From assembly GCA_023515725.1 (NCBI GenBank), contig JALDTO010000206.1, forward strand, positions 640,189 to 704,188: a DNA stretch of 64,000 bases, in the 5' to 3' direction. The stretch's first letter is position 1. Each line of letters begins with the position of its first letter. Source of the DNA: Amoeboaphelidium protococcarum X5 (lineage: Eukaryota; Fungi; Aphelidiomycota). Both the position numbers and the translations under genes were made by a program. Under the pieces are notes generated by a model, which had not been told where the DNA came from, ran no database searches, and saw nothing but the letters and a program-made list of their open reading frames with translations. Positions 27,080 through 39,063 of this stretch are shown in pieces.

Positions 27080-27394
27080 ACTGTTCTTAAAGTGCTATCT
27101 ATCTGAATTTAATATGTTATACACTTCAAACGGGAAAAGCTATGAAGAAGAAAAAGAAGGAACGACGCTTTGACAGCAGAAGCGCTTTTCCTGGTGGAAA
27201 GAACGAGAGAACTGAGAAGTGTTGGTTCTCAGAAACACTCCACACACGATGTCTTTCCTTCTCTGAAACAACCGTAGACGCTTATCATTCCTGCTGGATT
27301 AGAACGCGCTTGATCATTCTTTCCCATTGTTGCTTGCTTTTTAACTTAAACACTATCATTCAACTAACTTGGAATTAGAAGATTAAATATCATT

Positions 27395-27835
27395 ATGAGT
27401 AGTGAAGATAAGGAATTGAAGAGAAAGTTAGTGGATGACGACGTGAAAGAGAGCACATCATCATCAAAGACCACTGAGAGTCCATCCAAGGCGGATAAGA
27501 AGCAGAAAAAGTCGAAGGAATTTGTAGTATCAGACAGTGAGGAGCAAGGCAGTGGTAGTGATCATGATGAGGGTGAGGATAGTCTAGTGCCAAAGAAGTA
27601 GAAGAATGACTAAGGTGAATACTTCTTCACCATCGGAAATCCACGTCATAAGAAGCGTGTCACTGTCCGCAGATGGAAGAATTCAACACTGATTGACATT
27701 CGCGAATTTTATGAAGACAAGGATGGAGATTTGAAACCGGGCAAGAAGGGAATTTCGTTAACAGCCGAGCAATGGTTAGATTTGACGCGTATTGTCGGTC
27801 CTGTTGATCAATTGATTGAGGAAGCTGATAAATGA
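27395..27835 (+). CDS. SUB1: Transcriptional coactivator PC4/Sub1, 146 aa
   Basis: KRVTVRRWKNSTLIDIREFYEDKDGDLKPGKKGISLTAEQW. Confidence 0.92.
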
Positions 27836-28818
27836 ACATTGGTTGCGTACATTTTATCTTTATTTACTTTTACTTTCAGTATTTCTCAGTATGTACATAT
27901 TCAAAAGTCGAGTAGCATTTTCATATCTTAGTTATCATCGTCATGAGATGAAGAGTTGCGGAAAAAGACATGTTACCCACCATGTTCGCCTACATCGACA
28001 CCATTTGTTCCTTCAGAAACTTGGTTACCATCTTGATTAAACTAGTCCTGGTGCCGCGGTGTCAAGTCCGCAGAATATTACTCTAAATTATTCATAACTT
28101 TAAACAAGAGACTAGATCTAATCTAATGTTCTTATACGGCGGGGAGCTGATGTCTACCAAGGAACTCCAACGACTCGTTCTATGACCAATTCAGAGGCGG
28201 CTTAGAGTATTACAACTACTGAGACAACTTTAAAAGTCTATCAATACCATCGCGGTTGTTCAAGTGTTCACAAAGTGCACGCGATTACTTTGACATTGTT
28301 TAGGCGTCTTACGCGATCTTTCGTAATTCAACATGCAAATTGAGTAGATTCTTCATTGTATTCTATGACTCTACTCTTCTCTAATGAGTCTACAGCGCAA
28401 TTTCTCCAATTTCAGCAATCTTCTGTTCATGTTAAGCAACCTGATGCTGTAAGGCAGTCTACTCTCTGTGACATTTACTCAGTGTTTTGGACGCGTTATG
28501 TATCTGGGCAAGGACTGAAGGCATCTGCAGTCTAGTGTCCCATTGTCTAAAATCAAGCAAGTCCAATATTTCCTCATTGCCTAGCGATAGTAGAGCATCT
28601 TTTAGCTAAGATAAGGATTTCTAAGTTTAATTGGCATTTTGCTCACATTGACTTTTAATGGAGCCGGGCATTTTTCTACTCCAGCGACGTTGGAACTGAG
28701 AGAAGCTCACGGCCAAGCAAAATCCAAGATTGCATATGTTAATGTTTAACAAAAAGTTGTATAAACCCGTTTTATCAGTTAACAAAGAGCTATTTGAGTT
28801 ATTATAGAACAAATAATA

Positions 28819-29478
28819 ATGGGCACTCGCGGTCTTTACATATTTGTCTATAAGGGTAAGCGATACCGCTTTTACAACACTATGGACTCTTACCCTGAAG
28901 CGTTGGGTGAGCTGCTTGTAATGATGATAAAATGTGAAGATTGGACCAAGTGGGGTCCAGAGATTGAACGGTAAATCTTGCACAAGTAATTCGAAATTAG
29001 AGTTTTTTAATCATCAAAGTATCGCGATTTTGAACTAGTTGATGTTGATGTCAAAGAAGAGCTTGAAGGATACAGTGACGTGAGCACTGATGGTGGTAGT
29101 GACGACGAACTAAGCGATAGTGAAATTAGAACGGAAGATGGATACTCTAAATTTGTAAATTCTGATAAGTGGTTCTATTCTTATTGTAAATTCTACGAAG
29201 GAGGAGAGAGCAGGAACACTCAAATTCTAAAGTGGGATTTTACTAAGCTGGTCAAGTCTCAGTTGCTTAGGCTTTTGATCAACAGAGCCTGCCCTACTTT
29301 AATAAGATCGTGTTATGAACCTGATATTACCGAGTCTAGTGTGAGATACGCTTACATTATTAACCTCGACTCAGAGTAGTTTGAAATGCGCGATTTCAAG
29401 TTTCCATTTGACAATATTCCTTAAGATTGGATTGATCAAGTAAGAGGTAAGAGTAGGTTGAATGAACAAACGTCTTGA
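28819..29478 (+). CDS. Uncharacterised MGTRG...DSYP.xLG family protein, 219 aa
   Basis: MGTRGLYIFVYKGKRYRFYNTMDSYPEALG...YAYIINLDSEQF...FPFDNIPQDW, a pattern I recognise from a widespread uncharacterised family; intact frame. Confidence 0.7.
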
Positions 29479-30080
29479 CTCTTGGTGGAAAACAATTAGT
29501 ATAAGTTCACGTTTTGTGGAATACTTGGATCGAAAAAGATATTACATTATTATACCAAGTTGTAACGGTAGCAGTGGTACCATCGAAAGAAACTATGAAC
29601 ACGCTTTATAATGAAAAAATATAAACAGCTTTTAAGCCGTCTTTTACTCTGCAGGGCTCATCTAACTAATTTGCTATTCTACTGGACATTAGCTGAATCT
29701 AGGTACCGTGCTGTCGCCAATACGCGGCGGTCTGGCTGAAACCTCGCTTTCTGTCATCGCCTCGACAATCCATACAGAGACACACGCGTATGAGAATACT
29801 ATATGCAAGCACTATGTGTATGGATGAATTCGCTGCATTTGAATTGCACATTTTAATCTTGCCCCGTTGTGAGCATTAAAAAATTTTAAAAAATTATGCA
29901 GCGTTAGATCGTCTTTTATAAAGTAGGCAGCATCCTCTTGGATATATCGCGTTTGTGCACGAGGTTGTAACATCCTGTTAGATCGCACACATGGTTGTGG
30001 TAGGACATTTCAGAAGCATTTTCTTTACTTTTTTGAAAGTCCGCCAAAATTAGAAAGAGTAGATATACATAGAATTTTAA

Positions 30081-31151
30081 ATGATGATAATGAGTGTTTT
30101 CTAATTGATGCTGCTAATGCTATGCGTGATTAATAGCATTTAATCTTCCTTTTAGATCCAAGAGACATGTGCAGTGTCTAAGAAAAATTTGAAAAGGACT
30201 GCTGATGGTAATGAAAGACCAAATCAGGACAACCGTCTGACCTTTCAACTATACGTTGGCGATACCTCCGTACAAGTAATGGGAATTTTCGATGGTCATG
30301 GCGACCGTGGCCACGTTATTACCGAGCTTATTAAACGCGATCTTCAGACCTGGATGAAGAAAATCTCGGATATTCCCAAAATGGCCGCTGCGATTCAGAG
30401 TGGTGACGTGGACAAAATCAAGCGCGTCATTACCAAGATTGTTCTCGCATTAGATCTTGTCTTATGCTCCAGAATGAATTACTGGTCACTTGCATACAAA
30501 AATGGATCCACCATGACTTTGGCCGTATTGATCGGGGAGGACATTTTCTTTGCGCATCTCGGAGACTCTCTATACGTGTTTGGTGAGAATTATAAGCATG
30601 GAGTAAATATTTTGAGTACAAATTTTGAATCCTTGCACTAGCCTAATCAGTTGCCAGATGAATAAGAGAGAGTTACGTCTAAAGGTGGGTATATTTAATC
30701 AGGATATATCGGATTTCCTGGAGAGAGGTCTTTGCTAGCGATGACTCGAGCTCTTGGTGACTGTGGACTAAAAACTAATAAAGATATCGGCCATTATGTG
30801 CAAATAAAACAAGCGTTATATGATCATAAGGCGCAACTGGGGTAAGATCAGACATCGCAGAATCGCGATCACGATCGCGAGCTTGTCTCTCAAGGTTATG
30901 ATAACCATGGTGTTGCCTCTGCAAAGCCCCATATAGAACATGTAAAACTGGAATCTGATAAAAGATACGCGCTATTTATGTCTACTGACGGCTTGTACGC
31001 TGACACCGAATTGAAAGATGTCATAATTGGCATGGAAAAGGAAGAGGCAAGACGCGATTCATGTAGCAAGCTGATTTAGAATTTCAGGCGTAGATCAACT
31101 GATGACACCACGGTTTTACTTTTTGATATTTAGAGAGCTGAAGGGTATTGA
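30081..31151 (+). CDS. PP2C/PPM phosphatase with predicted signal peptide, 356 aa
   Basis: MMIMSVFQLMLLMLCVINSIQS; NQD, IFDGHG, GST, HLGDS, MTRALGD, STDGL, DDTT. Confidence 0.88.
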
Positions 31152-31499
31152 ACATGAAAATAGATTTGGATGAAGTGAATGGATGATGCTTTGAATAAGA
31201 ATATAAAAGTTTAGTTTTAAAACGTTGCTGTTCCGGGCTTCTAATCACCCTGAAAAATACGCGTTGATTCTTAGAAGATTGCATCAGAGGAGGGCCTTAT
31301 GATATTGAGCTCATACCTATACATTGACCATTGCATATGAATTGGACTAGCGGTGTATAATTGATTTAAATCTACAGTTCCAATCTATTGGCTGAAACAC
31401 TGTATTCACCTTGTCAGGGGTCAATTGAAGATGAAAATTTAGCGAGATTGCAGATCAAGCCTATATTTTCCCACCCTCATCAAAATCTATAACGTGAAT

Positions 31500-32501
31500 A
31501 TGCTCACCTTGAAATCTATATCATTGGCCTCAGTCGCACTCTTTCATGTAGCACAGGCAGTTTTCTACCCATAGCAGTTGTGTCTCGAGAGCGTGGAGAA
31601 CAGACGTGGACTGCTTGGTCTGTTACCCAAGTATCGTAATCAAGACAATGCTATGTACGGTGATACGATTATAAATGGAAATCGCCTCACAATTGCTGCT
31701 ATATTTGATGGACATGGTGTTAGAGGTGATCTGATTAGCTTACAGGTGAAAAATATCCTATATCGCGAAATCAGAAAATTTCTAATGCGTGAGGATGCCG
31801 CCGCCGCTGCCCAATCTGATAATGTTGAGTATCTTCAACAGGGCATTAGTGATGCTGTACTATCTACTGATCGTGAGCTTTGTGTTTCTCGCGATGATGA
31901 CGATTATCTGGATAAAGAGTTTACTGAAAGCGGAACCACTGGCGCATTCGTAGTGGTAATTAACGAGCATATGTTCATGGGCCACATTGGTGACTCGCTG
32001 TACGTGGTGCGAGAAGAGGACCCAGTAACAGATACAATTAAAGCCTTTTCCAATTAGATAGAGTTTCACACTGTTGATATTAAGGAAGAGAAATTCAGAG
32101 TCGCGGGTAAAGGTGGCAGCATAGTGAAGAATGGCTACGTCCGCGTGCCTGGCAAAGACAAAATACTTGGAATGTCCAGAACATTGGGCGATTGTGAGTT
32201 CAAGATTGATAGGAGAAACCCAAAGATCTATGACAGCCAGGGAATCATCTCTGCCCAGCCATCGTTGAAGTATCATCGTCTGAAACGCGGCTCCAATTAC
32301 TACATACTGCTCGCCTCTGATGGACTGTTTGAGACGAGCGATGTGCGATATGTAGCTCGCCGTATGTCTTATTGTTCTGTTGATGTCAATACTTGTGACG
32401 ACCTGATTGCTGAATGGAAGCAAAATTCTAGGGATGACACGACGGTACAAATTGTCAAACTTGACGAACGTCTTTCACCCGAAGACTTTATTGTTGTTTG
32501 A
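31500..32501 (+). CDS. PP2C/PPM phosphatase with predicted signal peptide, 333 aa
   Basis: MLTLKSISLASVALFHVAQA; NQD, IFDGHG, GTT, HIGDS, MSRTLGD, ASDGL, DDTT. Confidence 0.9.
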
Positions 32502-32730
32502 AAAGTGCTAGTAATACATAGATAATGCAGTAGATGTTCCATCTTGATAGCGAAATATTGATACGCGTGTATTATTCTCGCTTCGGTTACGCCCTTCATT
32601 TCCTTCAAATTTTCATCAATTGAAGCTTTGCTTTTTTCTGTGCTGTAGAAAAGATATTCGCGTAAACACCGCTCAGTTTTCTTCAATATTTCGCTGAGAT
32701 TAAGTCGGCTAGTAGAATCCCGCGAATATA

Positions 32731-35607
32731 ATGAGACCGCCACATGGAGGATAATCTTTTAAGCCAGAAATGGTATTGAAGCGTGCCGAGGAGCTCGAGA
32801 ACGCTGGCTAGGAATAGAATGCGTTGACTTAGCTGCACGAGTGGGTTGTCAACAGAAGATACAAGACGTTTAATGAACATTATGAGGCACTGATGACCAA
32901 GTTGATTACGCTTAGTGTCCGTCAGAGCAAGTAGAGAATGGCCAAGGATGCGCTGTAGTATTATAGGAACAGTACGATGAATGTGAGTCTGCCTGCTCTC
33001 GAGAAGATGGTTGATCACTGGCTGATGGAGAGTGGATTGAATGTTCAGAACGCGTTGTCCAAAGCTGGAGCGGCGGCAGATGTATCTGGTGTGGAAGGTG
33101 GTGATGGTAAAGCTGTATCTATTACATAGCTGGATCTTGATGAGGATCTGACACCTCAGGCTGTAATGGAGGCAGCGTTGAGTTAGAATGATGAGCTGTA
33201 GACTAGATTGACCCGGCGTGAGGTTCTTCTACCTGCGTTTAGATTTCATTGGGAGTCATTCAGATCTATTTTGGATTTGTTGAAGATGAACGCAAAAGTG
33301 GAGCTAATCTACCACAAAGTCGCACTGCAAGCCTTTGACTTTTGTGTAAAGTATTAGAGAAAGACGGAGCTGCGTAGAATTGCCGACCTGTTGAGAAATC
33401 ACGTCCAGAGCTTGCACAAGATCTAAAGTAGCAGTAATGCGCAGACTTACAATATCGATCTGATGGATGATGGTAGTTTCAAGAATCATATTGAGGTTAG
33501 AGTCAAGTTGTTGTAGGCAGCGAAGCAATTGAATTTGTTTTAGGAGATGAATAAAAGTATTGAAGATGTTCAGTTTCTGTTGAGTGTCGCATAGTACGAT
33601 CAACTATTACCTGTGAATGGCATCAAGTTAGAATGGATTACGACTTACTATGAAGCACTGGCTGATATTCTGTTGCAAGGTGAGCATTTCCTGCATCATT
33701 CAGTGGCTCTGTTGAGAATGTTCATCGCGATGAAGGAGTCAAAGTCTAGTGATGCTGGAAAGTTGAAGGAATTGGCCGATAGAATTCTGGTTAGTGCTCT
33801 GGCATGTAGTGATATTGCTTCGCTATCAGTGGAGAAATTGTCTGAAGATGATCGTGACCGTGAGTAAAAGTTATCGTTCATGGTTGGATTTGAGTCTGTG
33901 ATTGTGACGCGTCAATGGTTGGTATCGTAAATCAAGTCATTGGATCTGTGCAGTGCTGCAAGTGACGGATGTTCAAAGTTTTATCGTGCTGCCGAGTCTG
34001 CTACTGACGCAAAGTCTAAATTGTCCGAGTTACAGCAAAGTAGTAAGGTGATTATGGAGAGTCAGTTGAGTGTTTATCTGAGTCCAGTGTATTAGTCTTT
34101 TGTATTCTGCTATTGCATCGAGCTGGGAGAGAAGTCTGAGGCCATTGCATTAGATTAGTTGCTTGAAACTGCAAAAGTTGTCGGTGATTAGTCTTTCACT
34201 TCCATTAAATTGCAGTAGGCCTTTACCAAGGGCGTTAAATTGGGCAAGTTTAAGGCGCGTATCTGTCAAGCTTCTGCATAGGTGAAATTCACTCCATCTC
34301 ATTAGAAGAAGACTGGCGGCGTTAAAGTTACAGATTTACTGTCTCAGCTGTAAACTTAATTGAAGAGTGCTGGAGCCACTTCTAAGGACGGCGAATAGTC
34401 TGTCAGACGTGGAGGAGATGATAGAGTGAAGTTGGTGGAGAAGTAGCTTGAGAGCTGGAATCAGTTGGTTGAGCAGAGAACTCGCACACTGCAGCAGGAG
34501 AGACAGCTGAAAGCACAGCAGGAAGCTGATGCAGAGAAGGTACGTCTATTGAAGGAGTAGCGCGAGAAGGAGTTGGAGAATATCAAAAAGCATCGCGAGC
34601 AGTTGGAGAAGGAGCGTGCCCAGAAGATTGCTGATGAATTGAAATAGAAGAATGTCAACATCGCAGCTGAAGATCTGGAGACTATGGACAAGAACAAGTT
34701 GTTGAAAATGCAGATTGAATAGATTGAGAGTGAGAAGAAGGCGAAGGAGTAGAAATTGTCCGCTCTTTGCAAGAGAATAGATCATGTGGAACGTGCATGT
34801 CGCCAAGAAGAAGCTCCTCTTATTGCTGCGAGTTATGAGAAGTAAAAGTAGCTAGATGTCGAGTCTCATCGCAAAGCTCATGAGCTGTTGTTAGAGGCTA
34901 CCAAGCGCCAGTTTGACAAGAATTTCAAGTTGAAGTAATCTCTGGGCCGCTTGCAGTCCAACTGTGATGAATTTAAGGAGGCCAAGTTGGCAGCGCTACG
35001 TTAGAAATCCAAGAAGAAGGTGGAAGAAGCCAAGAAAGCATATGAGGCAGAGAAGGAAGCTCTATTGGAGCAGTTGAGAGTTGAAAAGTATGAGCGTCTA
35101 CTGAAGGAGTAGAAAGAGCGCAAGGAACGTGAGTTGCAAGAGCTGGAGGAGTAAAAGTAGCGTGAAGAGCAGGAGAAGGTGCAAAAGGAGCGCATTGAGG
35201 CTCTGAAAAAGGAGAAGGAGGAGCGTGAGTAGTAGATGAAGGAAGCTTAGGAGATTGCCAGATTGAGAATGTAGAAAGAACAAGAGGCTGAGAGAAGAAT
35301 GCAGGAGCGTCTGCAATCAGCATCCAAGCCATCCTTTTCAACGGCTATTCCGGCTACTACCACCACATAGGCTGAGAGTGACGAAAGTTCATCTGGCAAG
35401 TGGATTTTTACACCTAAGAAGAAGAGCTATTAGTCTTCAGGAAGTAAAGCATCTGATGTGGCAGTGGCTAATGGTAGTGGAGCTAGTTCTATGCAATCTA
35501 GTAGAAATGGATCTAGTTCCTCCCTAGATTAGAAGACTGGCGCTGCTCCTAAAGACAAGTTTATTCCTCCTCACTTGAGAAAGAAGATGGAGTAGAATGG
35601 AAGTTGA
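32731..35607 (+). CDS. TIF32: Translation initiation factor eIF3 subunit a (divergent), ~958 aa
   Basis: KPEMVLKRAEELENAGQEQNALTQLHE, PAFRFHWESFRSILDLLKMN, FCVKYQRKTELRRIADLLRNH, RIDHVERACRQEE, long charged helical C-terminus, FIPPHLR. Confidence 0.88.
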
Positions 35608-35706
35608 ATTCAATGAGTTCTGCTGATAGTATATTCCAAGAAAGATTAAAGGATTTAATATTGAAGATGAAGTGAGAAATAAGATCATTTTATTACAATT
35701 AAGCAT

Positions 35707-38031
35707 TCAATTCTGATTCTTTTTCGACTTGGCAGAACTTCCCCCACCACCTCCTTTCTTTTTTGTGGCGCTATTACCAGCTTTCTATGACGAAGCCTGT
35801 CTCTACAATTGTTATTGAAGCTGCAATTATTATTAGGCTTGAAGTTGTAATTACTACTGCGCCAATTGCTGTTATTACTATTACTGTTATTACAACAGCA
35901 ATTACTGAGCCTACTATTAAACACCACCAAGAGGAATTGACTACTGAGCAAGACTTTGGGGACTTCCACCCGCGGCAAGTTGAGCTTATCGCAGCAATTA
36001 CTACCGCAGAATAAACTGCTGCACCTGCGCCTGAGTCATTGTCATTTACATGTAAGGTACTGTTGACTTGGGTGCGCTTGCTGGAGATTCTTTCTTCTAC
36101 TGCTGTTACTGTTACTACTACTAAGGAGACTTGGATTACTACTGTTACTACTATTATAGCTACATAATCTACTGAGACTGCGATTACTGCTATTATAGCT
36201 ACTGTTGTTGCTATTACAACTATTATTAGTGCAGCAACTACTATTGCAGATTGTTGTTATAAGCGGCCAAAAGATTACTCTGGTTTGGTCGAAGTGCAGC
36301 ATTAATTTAATTGGGCACACTGACCGGAACTCCAGGAGCGCCTCGAACAGGATTCTTGCCACCAGATATACCACCACCACTCGGTCCATCAACACCAGCG
36401 GCATTGGCTTAAGCTGCACCCAAATTACCATTGCTTGCATTCATCAGACTGTGCATGAAACCTGGATTACTAGCAAGCAATGTAGCATTAGCAGCCTTAC
36501 TCTGATCCAACTTCATCTGCTACATCCTTCGTTCATTGTGATCAAGCACAGATTGCACAACATTTAAATCAACACCAGCCCGAGTAGCTATTGCTTAATG
36601 AGAGATGTGAGCATTATTTAAAATCTTTTAAATAGACTCTTTAGTAGCTTTAGTCTTTGCAGGTCCAGTTATACCGACACTCACCGACTTGCTAGTTTTA
36701 TCACTATCTACTTTCTAGTCCGTTTATGATGATGATTATGACTATTATTAAATCTATTGGCTCTATTCAAGCTATTGTTATTACAACTACAACTTGCTTT
36801 AATCTCGCTTCTTGGCCACGACACTGAGAGAATTTAAAAAGTGTTAATGACTCGCGCCTTGGAGTTTTAATTAGTCCATCTTTATAACGATATTACTGTT
36901 GCCATTACTGCCAGTATTCAAGTCAACATCACCCTGCCCATCATTCTATATTCCCATAATCAAGTCAAGATCAAAATCTCTCCGTTTATAATCTTCCCGT
37001 GACTTTAAAGCAATAAATCTATTATGCAAGTCCCACGCAGACTTACTCTATCTCCCCATAGATGCTGGGTTATTACTAATATTACCGACACTGCTAAAAT
37101 TATTACTCTGCGTAAAGTCAGACTAAACGACACTCGCGATAATGTCCCAGTTGTAAGACAGGTAAGGACTGAACGTGAGTATCTCATCTTCATCCAGGGT
37201 CCACTGCAGCTAAGCCATTCTTCCAGCCACATTCCTCGGCTATAGTGGAATCCGAATTTCCTCCGAGTCACCTTTAGTGTTAAATTAATAAGGATATTCT
37301 TCAAGAACCTATGTAGAACTATTAATCTACCGTGCACCCATACTCAGCTTTGGTATATAACTGTACGGAACGACACTCAGGGGATCAATATACCGACTAC
37401 TACCATCACTGGGACAATATACATTCTCCAGTGACGAAAAGTCTCTCTAGCAATGAAATAGCGAGTAAGTACTCAGCATACCATGATCTTTCTATTCACG
37501 CAGCTTATTACTAAACTGCCCGCTATTGACCACTTGCGCGCATTGCAAAGCCAAGGACAGAGCAACAGATTACTTCCATCGACGTTCCTGGCGATAATCC
37601 AAAGACAGCCACAGAGCTTCATCAAGCATAAAATCCCATCTAGATTTCCTTCGCTGAGGTGGAATGAATCTCTTTGGCTATTTTAGTAATCGCATTTACT
37701 GCCCCAACAATCTATTGTACAGGGCATCAGAGTGGACTACCTGATAATCCTGAGTGGAGATGACTTTACTCGAACTCAATTGCAAAGGCTAATGAATAAT
37801 CTTCAAATTCAATTCGGCCAACTGCAAATCATGTACATTAGCTGGCTGAGCATTCTACAACTGATCGGAACTGGACACTAATAAAGGATGTGCTGACAGT
37901 TTAATTCGTTTAAATCGAAAGTTCTTAAGCTCTTCAAATTCCAGTTACAGCTTTGACTTTTGCCTACTTAACTAGTCCAACTACTTTTAAATATCAGCGG
38001 CGGCAACATCAACAGTCGACCCAGAGTCCAT
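35707..38031 (-). CDS. EAF1: NuA4 scaffold Eaf1/Vid21-like protein (HSA + SANT, Gln-rich tail), ~774 aa
   Basis: HSA: PPQRRKSRWDFMLDEALWLSLDYRQERRWK; SANT: WTLDEDEIL...YNWDIIA...RSAWDLHNRF; polyQ tracts of mixed CAA/CAG/TAA/TAG. Confidence 0.8.
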
Positions 38032-38356
38032 ACTCGCCCGTATCTATGAACTAGAGTGTATATTAATGGACTGCCGATATCTTCCTACTCAACAAAAAGA
38101 AGAAGATGGTTAAAGTAATAGAGAGAAGAAACTCTGGCAACAACGTTGTCGCAATAAAACGCGCGCGCGTCTCGATTCAGTTCAATTCCAATTGAAGGAA
38201 GAAGACAGAAAGGAAAAGGGCGAAAAGATTATGGCGGGCGAGATGGATGATGTTGATCGCGATGGGAGAAGTAGAGAAACACGCCTCAACACAGAATCAA
38301 CGTGTACAGTATACAGACAGACAGCTCAGAGAGACTTTGATCATTGGCAACATTTG

Positions 38357-38848
38357 TCATTACTGCTACTACATTTGGAATGCATTCATCTTTGCAGAGT
38401 ACGTGGCATCTACAATTTTCTTTACATTGATTTTACTATCGACAACCTTCTCGAGTTCCTCTAGCTGAGACTTGACGTATGCGACTCGCCTGTTAAAGTA
38501 AGATGTTGCACTACTACCGCCGTTATTTTTCTTATCATCGTCTTTATCTTCAACAACCGCCATCTCTGCAAAGTAGCCCGTTCCAATGTCAACCATCACT
38601 TTATCAGCATTGCACTTTTTAGCTGGAATATATAGAGAACTGGTTAGTGGGATCATTACATCTTGACCACTGCGAGAGTAAGATTAGATCGCGTCGAGAC
38701 TATCTTGGTATCTAGCTGCGGCCATTTACAACTTCTAATACGCCTAATTCAGGCCTTGCAGCTCAGCATCTACCGACTATTTCACCTCTTGCAATTATTA
38801 AGGATTCAATTAATCAATTCTAACTGATTACTACTTTTACGCCGACAT
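38357..38848 (-). CDS. GIM5: Prefoldin subunit 5, 163 aa
   Basis: VMIPLTSSLYIP...DKVMVDIGTGYFAEM; N-terminal helix LNPQQLQEVKQSVDAELQGL. Confidence 0.9.
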
Positions 38849-39063
38849 TTTAGTAGTTTGGCTTCTATGAAAAGTTTTACGCTTCAAAGAGCAACGCGCA
38901 ATGGAACGACAGTCCATCAGTAAAGATTGACAGACGCCGTAAAGAGCATGAAGCTAACTATAAAGTGATTTAAACCAAAATTGATTTTATTTTTAATCTC
39001 GTCACATTTTAAACCTTATATCATTTCTACCTGAATACCTAATTACCATTCAATTCAATTCAA

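Noticed and set aside
27900-28700. Coding-like fragments (also 10400-10900, 13208-13480, 41740-42340)
   Set aside because: Short or frameshifted with no recognisable motif; long open stretches arise by chance when only TGA stops
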